A DNA stretch of 64,000 nt from Octopus vulgaris (lineage: Eukaryota). Where the stretch lies: contig OX597827.1 in assembly GCA_951406725.2 (NCBI GenBank), forward strand, positions 21,390,001-21,454,000, in the 5' to 3' direction. The notes under the pieces were generated by a model that worked only from the letters and a program-made list of their open reading frames with translations, made no database searches and was not told where the DNA came from. The position numbers and the translations under genes were made by a program. Position 1 is the first letter of the stretch. Every line of letters starts with the position of its first letter. Shown here piece after piece: positions 1-13,003 of the stretch.

Positions 1-564
1 TTATTTTTTGCTCTCCATTTGTTATTACGTCGTATTTTTTTTTAAGGATTAATTCGCCACTCATTATCATCAAAGTAACTTTGTAAGCAAGTCTATTTTT
101 CTAAGCTGGTTCGAACTTCAATTATCGATAATTATACGAACAATAAATATTTGTGAGAACATTGTTTATTACCTGAACACAGGACACACGCAACAACATG
201 TACATAACACAAAGAAATTTGATTGAAGGGATAATTGGGTGTGCGGCAAATGAAAAAAAGAAAGGGGAAAAAAAAGTAATTTTAACTATTTTTATTTTAG
301 TGTGGAAAATACTTCCTCATTTACATAGCAACCATCTACACCGAACTTATTTCAATACCGACAAAATGTCTATTAAAGATGCTTATTGCGTCTACATTTA
401 GGTGACCCAAGACATTTTTTGTACCTTCGTCCTGTGTGAGTGTTAAAACTCAGCGATCGTCATTGATAAAAAAAAACCCATTTAGTATTGGTAGTTAGTT
501 CATCCTTCTTTTTCTCCTGGCCATGCATGTATAATTTATGAGCGGCTAGCCGTTGAAGCTGCGC

Positions 565-685
565 TCTGATTGGCTGAAAGCTGCCCCACCTGCGTCTTTA
601 TTGGTTAAGACCATGGAGCCAAGAAACACACCGACTGCTGCTGCTGCTGGCGGTGGCGGAGAGGGCTTTCATCTTTCAGTCCCGG
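565..685 (+). promoter_or_regulatory. Candidate promoter: paired reverse CCAAT boxes plus initiator-like TCAGT
   Basis: ATTGG at 569-573 (ctgattggct) and 600-604, 31 bp apart. GC/CpG-rich patch with (CTG)n(GGC)n in an AT-rich background. TCAGTC at 676-681. Confidence 0.55.
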
Positions 686-776
686 ATCTTCCTGAAACTA
701 AAACCCTGCTCACTAACACTTGGACGCAATTCTGCAGAAATGAACTGAATACCATATTATCTCTCTCTTAAACAAG
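678..776 (+). other. Candidate non-coding first exon
   Basis: Starts at the Inr-like TCAGT and ends at donor CAAG|gtgggt, followed by very AT-rich intron-like sequence. Confidence 0.45.
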
Positions 777-914
777 GTGGGTATTAATTGTTATTAATGA
801 ATAATATGAAAGTGGTAAACAAATTGTTTTATATATTCATTGATGTTTGCTTATTATTAGAATTACTTTAAAAATTATTGTTAACATTGTTTTTTTACTA
901 TTATTGGATTCCAG

Positions 915-1055
915 AAAATTAAAAAGAAAGTTAATTTAAAGTGAAAGAGTGGACAGAAACGAATCTAAGCGCCAAATTGATTCATTCGGTGGACCATGCA
1001 TCAACCTGCCACCTCTAGAGGATGTTCGTCCCCTCGATCAGTCGATGAATCATCT
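915..1055 (+). other. Candidate exon with ATG (ACCATG, 996) encoding MHQPATSRGCSSPRSVDESS and a phase-0 donor
   Basis: Acceptor ttccag| at 914 and donor TCT|gtaact (moderate). 60 coding nt would be in frame with the hexokinase exon at 53009. Linkage is inference. Confidence 0.35.
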
Positions 1056-1281
1056 GTAACTAAATTCATATTTTTCTCTCTACTTCTTAATTCTAATATA
1101 TATTTGATTTTTTAGTTTGTTGTTCTTTCACAAAAAAAAAAAAGAAAAAGAAAACTGTCATTGTTAACACTATTTTTTTTTTCCTTCTCATTTCTGATGT
1201 AATTTCAATTGATTAAATATTCCTTTTAGCTCATTATATTAAATGTATAAGCTAGCACTTTACTGTATTTTGTTCATGCAG

Positions 1282-1328
1282 ATAACATCCCCGGGAACAT
1301 TTTCCACAGTAATCACACGTGTTTAAAG
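1282..1328 (+). other. Candidate 47-nt small exon
   Basis: Acceptor ttttgttcatgcag| and donor AAAG|gtagat; a GC-richer island between AT-rich flanks. Confidence 0.35.
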
Positions 1329-3017
1329 GTAGATCTAATATTGAATGTGTGTGTGTATGTATATATATAATTATGTTCAGTTTATAATGAGGCTTTTATA
1401 ATTCAACTAATTAAAGCCCGTATAATTAATATATTACGTGGCTAGACTATATTGAAGCGTAAAACCAAGTTTATTATTGTTTAATGCAATGAAGCTTTCT
1501 CCTCTTAAACTGTTTTATATATCTATTGAAAACTTAAAAGAAATGAAATCTTAGTTTCCCTCCTAACCTCTACCTGTCAGACAAACCAGAGAAGCTCACC
1601 TATTTAACCTAAAATTTCTCGATTGATTTATCGATTTCTGTCATATAACTCGCATATAACTTTTCTCTCTCTCTCTCATCTCATTTAAACACGTTTCATT
1701 CATCTCTACCATAATTTCTTTTACAAATAATTAAATATGCGTGTGTGTGTAAAAGTGATTTTATCTAATTGTAGATTTAGAAACAAGAACCCTAACAATC
1801 TTGAGACCGCATTAATTATTTCTTTAAGCCGGAGTGTTAATGAATTTGTTAAATTATTAACTGGACAAAGCAACAAATTATTGTTTGAAAAGAGATTTCG
1901 TTTATGTTGGATTATGATGACCAATTATCTTGAAATTAGATCGGAATTTTCCTAAAGGTTTATTCATTCATTGAGGCAAAATAGGGAAGCCTTAAGTGTG
2001 TGCGTGTAATATACATATTTATAAGTAGTTGAGTCGTAGTGACCAATGGTTTCACGTACACCGGACATAGTAAACGAATCCGGACTAGTCACTTATCAGA
2101 ATTTTGTTAATTTCTATTTAAAGAATCAGACTTTAAAAATATTAAAAAAAAAAATTTTTTTTTGATGTAACATCGGTCTATGACCGTCTTAGCCATGTTT
2201 GTGTGTGTGTTGTAAAGTTAATAAAAAGTTTAAATTTTATTTAAGGTATTTTTCCGACATCGGTAAAAGTATTTTTGTCTGTAAACCGAGAAAATTGGTT
2301 TCAAGTTTTCGGAATCGCTAATTTCTAAATATTTGTGGAAATACTTTATCTCACAAATGTCAGTGCAGATCGATATGAAATTTCATCATCAATATCCGTT
2401 GATGATTGATAGATATCTACTATGTAACGGAAGCATATTCACTTAAAGTTTGGATATTCACTCGTTATTTGACGCTTTGTTTTCATTGCTCAATATAAAT
2501 ATCAGCTGTTATAATATTGAAAATGGGATTGTGTTGTGAAGTTTAAAGCTGGGCCCTGGACAGGGGAAAAAAACCTATCAAATGCTGTTACCTACTTGTT
2601 GGAACAGTTTTAAGTGGCAACGTCTGTAGGAATGGTAATCGCAGAGAATTTATGACAATAGTTACACTGAAAAGATGCTTCTCTTTTTTTCTCCATTCTT
2701 CAGCTGATAACACTATTCTCTCCTGATGTGAATGGACGTTCATTGCTCCACCTGTATCATCAGCCGCCAGTTTCATTAACGGCTGACGTTCAAGGTCAGC
2801 TTGACCATTTCTTTCCCAGCCCTACCACTCCAATGGAGGGACGGGTGGCAGTCCTCCATGTGGTCCCTCGACATGCTAGAAATAGGAGTTAAATCTCTCA
2901 GATTACACACCACTGTCTAAAGAAAAAACAATTTGATCATGATGGGGTCGGTGGGTTAAATGAATTGTCATGGTTGGAATGTCTTGCAGAGTTTTGAATC
3001 CTACATATTCCTCTAGT

Positions 3018-3122
3018 TTGTCTGTCTCTGTCTGTCTTTCTTTCTGTCTATCTATCTGTCTTTCTTTCTGTCTATCTATCTACTTGTCTTTCTGTCTGTC
3101 TGTCTATCTACTTGTCTTTCTG

Positions 3123-3181
<59 letters not shown>

Positions 3182-3218
3182 GTCTCTCTGTCTGTCTGTC
3201 TGTCTCTCTCTTTCTCTC
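3018..3218. repeat. Compound (TCTG/TCTA/TCTT)n tetranucleotide microsatellite
   Basis: Directly visible; explains the spurious ORF 2970..3227. Confidence 0.95.
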
Positions 3219-3804
3219 AATCTATAGCTAATTATTTCTGTGTCTACCTATATAAAGAAGAGACTTCTGATTTTTTTTCTTCTTATATGCAATGTTTTGA
3301 ACATCGGAGATTCAGAATCTAAAACAAAATATCTAAATTTGAATGTCTTCCAAGACTGACAATAATACTAACGCGGTGTGTCCTGTAATAACGTGGCATC
3401 CGGATTAACCATTTTGATGCCGATGAGAGAGAATAATCTGGCCACCGACTTCGGTTTCCATTTTCTATTAAATAATTAAAGCATTGTAGTCGTTTCGTGA
3501 ATCCTCTCAGTGTAATATTATAGCACCAATAATACAGACTCTTTCTGGGTATATTATGAAAAAATCCGGATCAACCGGCGGCATGGTGTCCTCATATTTT
3601 GTCGAAACATGTGAGTCAGTATTATCATGTGGCGGACTTGTCGCTAACTACATGTTTTAAAATCATATTGTTGGGTCTTCTTCACTTCATGCTTTTTCAT
3701 AATTTTTTTTATCGTGTCCACTAATGAGATTGCTTTCATTAATTATAGAAAGTGAAATCATTTGTACTATTACTACATCCATTATATTAATTACTGGAAA
3801 AAAG

Positions 3805-3985
3805 GGGCGAGCTGGCAGGCTCGTTAGCACGCCGGACTAAAATGCTTAGCGGCATTTCGTCCGTCGTTGCATTCCGAGTTCAAATTCCGTTGAGGTCGAT
3901 TTTGCCTTTCCATCCTTTCGGAGTTGATGAAATTTGTACCAGTTGTACACTAGGGGCCGATATAATCGGCTAAACCCTTCCATCC
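3805..3985 (+). mobile_element. SINE family A (tRNA-type head; core CCTTTCATCCTTTCGGGGTCGATAAA..AGTACCAG), diverged copy
   Basis: Similar to the well-preserved copies at 10993 and 16556. A further degenerate copy lies at about 4037-4240. Confidence 0.8.
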
Positions 3986-4250
3986 CTCCCTTAAAAAATT
4001 CAGGCTTATAGTTGTAATGTTTATATTGACCGCTGATGTGGTGAGCTGGCGAAATCGCTTTGTGCGTCGGATAAAATCGTTAATAGCATTTTTTTTCTTC
4101 TGGTTCTTTACGTTCGAAATTCAAATGTTGCTAAGATCGAATCTTGCTGAGATCAAATCTTTACCTTTTATTCTTTTGTTGTGGATGATATCAACCAACT
4201 CGCTCCTCCCCACCTAAAATTGCTGCCTTTGTGCCAAAAGTTGAAATTAT

Positions 4251-4653
4251 GGATCTTTTCAGTTTGAATGGCAGTTTTTAACATAATTTCTAGGTAACTA
4301 AAAAATTTTAAACTTCGTATACTAGTAGAATGTGTTTATAAAACATCTTTTTCTCTTGGCTTTATTGAGAAAATTCTATAGTTTGTAAGATATTTGTTGT
4401 TTTTTTTCCTACAATTTCAACCAATCACTGCCGTCTATTGAGGTAAAAAACATTCTGTGACGTATGAATATGTCCCTCGTTTAAGAAACAGATTGGGTTT
4501 ATTTACATTTGTGAAGAAAAAAGATACCCTTCCCCCCACCCCTAACCCTAACCCTAAAACAGATTGAAATGCAATAGATCGATACTAGGGTCATAATTAT
4601 GGGTGACAATTTCACATGACACCGCTAGAAAAAAACTGCTGTTCAAACCGAAA
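4251..4653 (+). mobile_element. Non-autonomous TIR DNA transposon (MULE-like MITE) with internal (CCCTAA)n
   Basis: TIR GGATCTTTTC.GTTTGAA.GGCAGTTTT / AAAACTGC.GTTCAAACCGAAA. Other copies at 13979 and 29308. Confidence 0.8.
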
Positions 4654-5239
4654 TTATTGTAATTTTTGTTGTCTTGTGTAGGTCATAATGCCAATAACAA
4701 CAAAATTTATTTCAACACACAAATTCACATTGAGAATCAGGCAAACTAAATACGAAAACGAAACTATTATAATTATTATTTTTGAAAAACTTGTTAGGAA
4801 AAACCGATCTCCGACAGTGAAAACAATTTTAAAACTGTTTAAAGAAAAGTGTATAAGATGGTTGAATGTTTACTTGAGAAGGCATGATCTGGAATTTTGT
4901 ATGTTCTTCTATATACTTTGAGCTTTTTGGGATTAAATTATTATGGCTAGATGGTCCTTCATCTTATAATTGCAGCATCATTTGGGATTGCTCAACAATG
5001 TGAGTTGTTTTAGGACAACACATTTTTTAGTAAAATATTCCTGAACCTATTTCATTGTTGTCTTTGGATTTGCAGGAATGACAGATTGAGTTTCGCTCAA
5101 CAGGAATAAAAGAATTTCTTTTTAATATTAAAATATGACTATTGTAATTGATTTACAAACCTTGGCTGTAACAATCTGTAGTCTTGTGTGTGTGTGGCAA
5201 GTAAGGTGTATACACATAAATATATAACTAGCATTTTGT

Positions 5240-5485
5240 TGGTTACAAGTGGCTGAGAACTCCACAGACACGTGTACCCCTAATGGTAGATCTCAGGGAG
5301 ATTCTGCGTGACACAGAATGTGACATGGCCAACCCTTTCGAGCTACAGGTACAACTTATGTTTGCCAGCTGAGTGGACTGGATCAATTTGAAATAAAGTT
5401 TCTTGCTCAAGGACAGTGTGCTGCCAGTTTTCGAGTCACGACCTTTATGACCATGGGCCAAATACCCTAATTGCCTAGCCATGTG
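5240..5485 (-). mobile_element. SINE family C (tRNA head plus TCCTTGAGCAAG.CACTT core)
   Basis: Its reverse complement matches the + copy at about 51590-51860. Confidence 0.7.
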
Positions 5486-5719
5486 CTTTCACATAAATAT
5501 ATACATACGTATATGTGTGTATATAGATAACACATATCTGTGTGTACAAGCAAGAATATGTACATATTTCATCATCCTCCTTTTAAATCTACTTCCCATG
5601 CTATCAGAGTTCAAGTTGTTCCTTATTTGCAGCCACTGGTCCAGTAAACTGGGGTTCTTAGCCAACATTTGCTTTGGTTTCTATGATCGGATGCCCTTCC
5701 TATTGCCAACCACTTACTC

Positions 5720-6100
5720 TTTACTTGTTTCAGTCATTTGACTGCGGCCGTGCTGGAGCACCGCCTTTTAGTCAGGCAAATCGACCCCAGGACTTATTCT
5801 TTGTAAGCCTAGTACTTATTCTATCAGTCTCTTTTGCTGAACCGCTAAGTTACGGGGATGTAAACACACCAGCATCGGTTGTCAAACGATGTTGGTGGGG
5901 GGGGGGGACAAATACAGACACACAAACACATGCATATACATATGACGGGCTTCTTTCAGTTTCCGTCTACCAAATCCTCTCACAAGGCTTTGGTCGGCCC
6001 AAGGCTATAGTAGAAGACACTTGCCCAAGGTGCCACGCGACGGGACTGAACCCGGAACCATGTGGTTGGTAAGGAAGCTACTTACCACACAGCCACTCCT
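5720..6100 (-). mobile_element. SINE family B (CORE-like, ACCTTGGGCAAGTGTCTT), resembles octopus OR/OK-type SINEs
   Basis: Near full-length inverse of the copies at 41477 and 57060. The tRNA-like head GTGGCTGTGTGGTAAG...GGTTC lies at the right end. Confidence 0.8.
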
Positions 6101-7039
6101 GTACCTATCTTCACAAAGTGTCCTGGATGAATTTTCTTGTGTCTCCAATGCTAGAGTTTGAAGGGGTGTCACCTCCTCATTTGGCAACCACTCTTCAGAA
6201 AGTAATGAGCACATTTTTTTCTTCTACCAGCATTCTTGATCATCATTCATCTAACGAGGGAGTGTGGCAGGTTCTGTGTTAACATCAGTACAGGAGGAGG
6301 TGGTGTGCCTTGTACACAGTAAATGTAGAGAGAACTTTGTAACCTGAGGTTGACAAGACAAATAGGAGAGGAAGCAATGACATCAGAAATGCAATAAATA
6401 GTTAAGTGTAGAGAGTACAATATAATGTAGAATGTAAATTTGTTCAGGTGACTAAAGAAGGGAACAGAAGAGGAAGTAATGACGTCAAGATTAGAATGGG
6501 TGTGAAGAAAGATAAGAGTGGGTGATGGGTGGCAGTAGAGGTGGCCCAAAGGTGAGGAAGTGTGCTGGCTGGTTAGTGCATTGGGTGGATAAGGGTGGTC
6601 TAAAGTAGCCTTTTATGTGTAGACATAAGACATAATCAAGGATGAGGGGATGTGGTCAGCACAGATGGTGAAGAGAGTGATAAGGAACAGGGTGAGAAAC
6701 ATGGGTGGGGGTGGGGGGTCAAGAATGCAAGGTGAAGAGGTAGCAAAAATATCTCCGCTTCTAAACACTACTCTTGTGTCAGGGTATGTTTTACTGTAAG
6801 TGGTCAGATCTCCATAATTCTGCCTATTGCCAGTCCAGTTGTTTGTCAAATGAGTTGCATTATCTTCAGGTCAGTCTTCACTTTGTTTCAAGTGGGTCCA
6901 CATCAAAATCTACCAACTTGGAGTAGTCTATACTCTAATGCAGCTGTTGTTCTCTATATGTATCCCATGCCAATACTACTACTACAATCTTCTCTCTCTT
7001 ACACTGCACCTGATTTCTCATTTACCCAGTCTTTCTCTT

Positions 7040-7640
7040 AACCCATTAGCATTAACCATCCATCGGAGCACACTTGCCTCGTTTCTTACTAATCTTTACA
7101 CTTAAGGCCACACCTCACTATCATGCTGCATCATGGTTTCCACACAAGCATCATACAATCTCCCCATCACTTTGAAGGAGAAGCTCTTTGTTTTCTGCAG
7201 GGGTAGTAATATACTCCTGCATGCTTTTTTAACCCTTTCATACTATGATTACTCTACTTTCTAAACAACTATCTCTCCTTCTAATTATGCTGTCACCTAG
7301 GTAACAAAAGCTATCAACTATTGACCCTGCTGGGCATTTAAGAGTCTATTTCCAGTGGTCTCTTGGTGCATATCGTTCCAGTGTATCTGTCACATACATG
7401 TTTAGCTTCTGTCTGTGATTCTCTTGTGTGACAGCATAAGGAGCTTATACTTAGCCTTTTCTGCTTGTCAAGCGAGGCCATTTCCATGACAATACTGGGA
7501 TCCTGTCTTCTTTAATCTTTACTAAATTGATTCTGAGTCTCTTCACTCTGACTTTGGTTTGGAATTTTCACATTGGATTCAGATATGAAAAAAATCTACA
7601 TCCTTAACATACAGAAGTTCCCATAGACAGCTGGTTTTTA
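7040..7640 (-). mobile_element. Decayed RTE-clade LINE fragment
   Basis: aggtaacaaaagctatcaacta is the reverse complement of the E.VD.FCYLG segment also seen at about 10670. Confidence 0.55.
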
Positions 7641-8659
7641 CCTATGATGGTCTATAAATTTGGAGTGGAATATGAGTTGAATGTGTTTTCTGGGCAGTAA
7701 AGATGAATTGTAGGTAGAGATGGAGAAATTTGCATCTCTCCCAATGCTTTCAAACATCTTCCTTGTGCTTTGCTGTTGATATTGACTTGTTAGGAAACAG
7801 GAAAGCAGAACTCCAGGAGCTCACCACCAAAAAGGGGCAAATTATGAGCATACTAGATGGACATCAGCTCTGAAAAGAGCAACATGATGCTGAAAGAGAG
7901 GAACTTGAAGTGGTTATCTTCAAGTGCCTATGATTCACTTGGTTTAGTTTCTGCTTTCATGACAAAGCTGAACGCCATAGTTTCCCCAATTAGATTTAAA
8001 GTGTACAAGTCTCTGGTGCCATCAATCCTTTTGTAATGGTGTGAGAGTTAGTCTTACAGCTGATGTGTAACAAGGAATCCGGGCACCCGGTGCCACCAGA
8101 AATTGCATCAAGTACACACAGATAAGTATTGGCATTAGGAAGAGCCTCCAATTGCAGAAACCAAGCCAACTGACATATGTAAGTAGCTGGATTTTTAGGG
8201 AAGTGACTCAGACCATGATGCTTGGGTGGGTGGGGGGCACAAATGGTCAAATGGTTAAGAACTTTGCTTCCCAAAAATGAAGTAGAAACTGTCCCCAGTG
8301 TAAACTATTTTTACATTAACAGTGTATAGGAATTGTAGTCAGGCATGCTTTCTATGTGACAGAGGCACCGAAGCAATTAGCCCTCGTTAGGTTAATTAAA
8401 CTTTTATGCAAATACTGAATTACTTTAAGATTGATTGAAATTGACCTCCCCAAGTTATGTGTACAATTACTAAAACCTGTCTTTTGATCTTTATTCCGTA
8501 TTTATTGTATTCAGAAATAATACCTTGGTTCACTTAGAATCAATCATTTCCATGTTTTTCTACAAAGAATTATTAAACACGGTAGCATAAGGGCATGTCT
8601 GTCAGATTCAGAACAGTAATCATTGTTCATTTTGTAATGAACCTGTGTGTGTGTATGTG

Positions 8660-10330
8660 AAGGGGTGGGGGTATCTTTCAAAGCAGGAAACCACACAATA
8701 CGTTTTCACACACTGATCGCCAGTGTCTTGCATCTCCATGATTGCACAAAGCACCGAGTGTATGTCTTCCCAGGCTTATGATTGCACACAATGCATTTGT
8801 TGGGTTCTGTGCCGTGACACCCCATTTAGCAGGGATGAGTGATGGGAAACAGTCCCCACCAAGTCTGTGTTCAGGGTCAGTTGATGAAAAGGAGTGTCCT
8901 CAGTTAGGTGAAGGCTCAACAAAACTTCTGACCAACTGATGGGTAGTTTTTTTCCAAACTGTGGATGTGACTGGATTTCTCTGTGCCATGGTGGTTTTCT
9001 TGTAGACACCATAAACAACTGTCACTGCTTATAAGTTTATCAAGTGAAAGAAAGGCTTCAGCTACCATTTCATGGTTTTTCTAGTAAAGGTGTAGTATTT
9101 TCACCTCCATGATCAACAACCCACCATGTTGTTGTGAAAGGTGTTTGTTGACGATTGGTATTCTCAAGTGGTCAACTTCATTTGTAATTGACAGGGTTGT
9201 TGAGGGTGGCATTATCATCACACTTGTCAGACCATTTTATTGCCAGTCGGTGTCCACTTCACCTTCCATCAATTCGATTTACAAGACAAGAACCTCTCAG
9301 CAATGAAGACAAACTGTTTCAGTGACATAAAGGTTAGTAGTACAAAGTTCATCAAAAAGAACAGGGAATGTGTTGCAGTTAATCTACAAAAGCATAATGT
9401 TCTTGTGGACCTCATTAGTTTTCCTCAACAGCCCTATGACAGCAGTGAAGCTGTGCCCCATGTTCCTTACCATCAGGCTGAGGATTATAGTCACAACCTG
9501 AAGGCACATGGAAATCACATGTAGAGTCCAACTGACTTCCACACAACAGTCAGTTTGGTTTCAGATCTGTCTGGCTTTTTTGGGGTTATATGTTCTGAAT
9601 TTCAAGCATCCTTTCCTGTGTACCATACCTTCATCAATGCACAGGTTTTTTTGGTTTTTTCCAGGGTGGTAAATATTACATAACTGGTATGTGATGATTG
9701 GTTTATAGGTTGATCTCATTTCGTAGCATAATTGAAGTCCTTTCGTTCTGGGGCTGCCATATGGCAACAACTTCTTGTATCTATTCCTGGGTATGTGTTC
9801 TCCAAATTCTGGTGTATGCTTAGGTTTGTCCATGGTGCACTGGCTTGTTCCATCATCCTCCCCATCAACATTGTCAAGCTAATTTCTTCACCCCATTTCT
9901 ACAAGTGTCACAACATGAAGTTATGGAATTTTGATTATTTTGACCAACAGAATTGACTGAGGTATCAATTGGTCTCTGCTGGGGTCAGTTCGAATTCTGT
10001 GCCTTTCACATAAAGAATGAAGTAGTCAAGTGATGATGCATTTGTATTGGCAGTGAGGGGCCAGTTCAGCTGCAAGTCTCTGGGAAAACCCCACTTGTCA
10101 ATAGATGTCTTGCAAACAACTTGCACATGCAAGTGCTACCAGTCAATAACTCCGTATACCGGAAGCCAGCAAGTGTATGGGGTCATCAGGAGAGGATGCG
10201 CGCCGTTTCGGGGCCTACCTCTCGACGGCATCAATGCACACTGGCCCCCCTCACTGATATGAGGCCCTGCTTGCTGTTTGACATTAATCTGTGTAAATGC
10301 TCCAGCATCTAATGAAATCATGTTTTAAGG
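8660..10330 (-). pseudogene. Decayed piggyBac (PGBD4-like) transposase
   Basis: ORF 9561..9833 contains YHPG..NLCIDEGMV..KG.LKFRTYNPKK (piggyBac SIDE.MV.F.GR..F..Y.P.KP motif). YN..MG.VD-like segment near 9120 and C-terminal Cys-rich CVVSCFERY near 8670-8700. Many stops and frameshifts; boundaries approximate. Confidence 0.85.
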
Positions 10331-10589
10331 ATCAAACTCCTCAAATTTGATGTGAGAATCCAATACTTAAGTCCAAATCAAAGAATTTAGTTTCTACCAA
10401 ACTGCTGAAAAACATTGAAATTGAAGTTGTTCCAAGTTGTTAATAATGCAAATCAGTTTTCACAACCACTTTCTATAGGCCTTTATAAAAAATATGTGTG
10501 TACTACATCGTCTGAAATGTTGAGAATTCCAGAAAGTACCTCATCAAAACTGAGATGACTTGGGTTCCTGTGTCTCCAGTTAACATGCA

Positions 10590-11400
10590 CAGAATTGAGC
10601 CTCTCTGCACTGTAAGGGTCAAGAGCAGACTGGACAAAGACTCTCTTATATGCTTGGTAATCCCACTAGAATTAGTTGATAACCTTTGTTACTTAGGTAA
10701 TAATTATCAGTGGAAGCAGGTGTTCAGAAAGTATAATAGCTAAGGTAGGACTAGGCTGGGGAAAAGTCCAGAGAGCTTTTAACTCTGGTGGTAATGGGTG
10801 TTTCCCATCAGTAAAAGGCAGATTGTATGTCACTTGTGTTTGAACTGTAATACTGTGTGATAGTGAGATGTGGGCCTTGAATATGGAAGACTTGTGAAGA
10901 CTAGAAAGAAATGAAAACAGCATCTCTGATAAACGTGTGTGAATGCTCAAGTACAAATGAACTGAGAAAAGGTTGCACAGGTGTGGACAATAAGGTGGCA
11001 AGCTGGCAGAAACGTTAGCACGCCGGGCGAAATGCTTAGCGGTATTTCGTCTGCTGTCACGTTCTGAGTTCAAATTCAGCCGAGGTCGACTGCCTTTCAT
11101 CCTTTCAGGGTCGATAAATTAAGTACGAGTTACGCACTGGGGTTGATATAATTGACTTAATCCGTTTGTCTGTCCTTGTTTGTCCTCTCTGTGTTTAGCC
11201 CCTTGTGGGTAGTAAAGAAACAGGTGTGGACAATATGAACGGAGGGTGTTTTCAGCATAAAGAAGTGCTGAGAACTTCAAGTTAGTAGAATGTATAGAAG
11301 AGGGAGATTGAGGAAGACTTGGGATAAAGTGGTGGAGGCTGACGTGATGATGTTGCATCTTATGGAAGAGATGACAATGAGCTCTAATGATTGGTAGTGT
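10590..11400 (+). mobile_element. RTE-clade LINE ORF2 C-terminal fragment, interrupted by a SINE
   Basis: Decayed LELVDNLCYLG, GWGK, KGRLY..CV and SE.W motifs. Confidence 0.7.
10993..11219 (+). mobile_element. SINE family A, full length with 16-bp TSD
   Basis: TSD acaggtgtggacaata at 10977-10992 and 11220-11235. Confidence 0.92.
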
Positions 11401-12607
11401 TGTAGAAGTGTTTGAACATCTGCAATGAAATACCCACTGACACAGACTTAACGTTTAGGCTGATACGCTTCTTGCTACTCTACATCTTTTAGACCCCGTC
11501 AGGGTGGGGGGTGGGGTGCAACAATGTTTGTGCTGCTGCCACAAAAATGCATCCAGTACACACATTGTCAAGGGGTTAGAAAATAGGGAGAGAATGCATA
11601 GCATTCCGTGGTCCCTTTTGTTCAACCCTTTTTTATTTTTAGCATTTGGTGCTACAAGAAAATATTCCTGGTACACAATTAATTAGTTTGCAATAGAAAG
11701 GGCATTCAACGATGGAGACCAAGCTAAACGGCCCATATACGATAACCTAGTCTTTAGGATTAATAGCTGAGAAATGGCTTGAACCCTGACAACTCACCCA
11801 ACACATGCCAGCATGGAAAGATGTTCAATGATGATATCAGCATGACTGGGTGATTAAAAAGCTTCCTTTCCAACTATGTGATTTTGGGTTTAGTCCCACT
11901 GTATGGCACCTTGGGCAAGTGTCTTCAACAAGAGTTGACCAAAGCTGAAAGGAGCCCATCATGTGTACCGTTGTCTTGACATCATGTGATGGTTGTAAAT
12001 GAGTGTCTCTGTCACACAAGCGGTGTTTGTTTCTAGTCTTCTATGAAAACCTGTCTGGTCAAGAGGCCATTTTATCTTCCTTGGAAACTTTACTATGCTT
12101 GTATGGGTCAGACAATTCTTTGAGACAGATTTTCTACAGACAGTTACCGTTCCTGTCACCAACCCCCATTCTTATGATGGTGCTATTAGTATAATTTATG
12201 CTCCTTCTCAAGTTCCAATTTTACCTTTTTTTTCTTTTTCATCAGATAATTGTCTCTATGAAACAACTAAAGTGACCCCCCCCCCCTCTTCTAATCTTAT
12301 CTACTAAATCTAAAATGATCTCTGTTCCTGATGTTGTCTTACTTTATTCATTAGTCACATGTCATCAAGTTTTGCTTCCTCACTATTATCGGCTCCTTCC
12401 GCTGCAGCCCTCACAACTCTTGACATCAGCTTCAGTAATTAATGGGTAATCATTTTATTGACCCTGAAAAGATGAGAGGGAAAGTCAACCTCGACGGAAT
12501 CTTAACTCAGAGCAAAACAAAAAACAGATGAAATGCTGCTGAGCATTTTGCCTGATGTGCTTACGATTCTGCCAGCACGCTGCTTTATAATATGTTGTAA
12601 TATTACA

Positions 12608-13003
12608 AAATCGTTAGCCGGCCGGGCGAAATGCTTAGCGGTATTTCGTCTTCCGCTACATTCTGAGTTCAAATTCTGCCGAGGTCGACTTTACCTTTCA
12701 TCCTTTCGGGGTCAATAAATTAAGTACCAGTTACGCACTGGGTCGATATAATCGACTTAATCCGTTTGTCTGTCCTTGTTCGTCCTTCTGTGTGTAGCCC
12801 CTTGTGGGTAGTAAAGAAATAGGTATTTCATCTGCCGCTACGTTCTGAGTTCAAATTTCGCCGAGGTCGGCTTCGCCTTTCATCCTTTCGAGGTCGATTA
12901 AATAAATACCAGTTACACACTGGGGTCGATGTAGTCGACTTAAACCCTTTGTCTGTCCCTGTTTGTCCCCTCTATGTTTAACCCCCTGTGGCAATAATGA
13001 AAT
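12608..13003 (+). mobile_element. SINE family A head-to-tail dimer
   Basis: The second unit restarts at ggtatttc.tctgccgctacg (about 12822). A minus-strand partial copy sits just upstream (about 12440-12580). Confidence 0.88.

Noticed and set aside
553-771. 72-aa ORF with poly-Ala/Gly
   Set aside because: Overlaps CCAAT boxes and a (CTG)n(GGC)n tract, has no recognisable domain and stops just before a donor. Better explained as promoter/5'UTR.
6240-7030. Purine-skewed block possibly from a LINE endonuclease region (minus strand); similar uncertain block at about 52050-52910
   Set aside because: No motif could be read with confidence.
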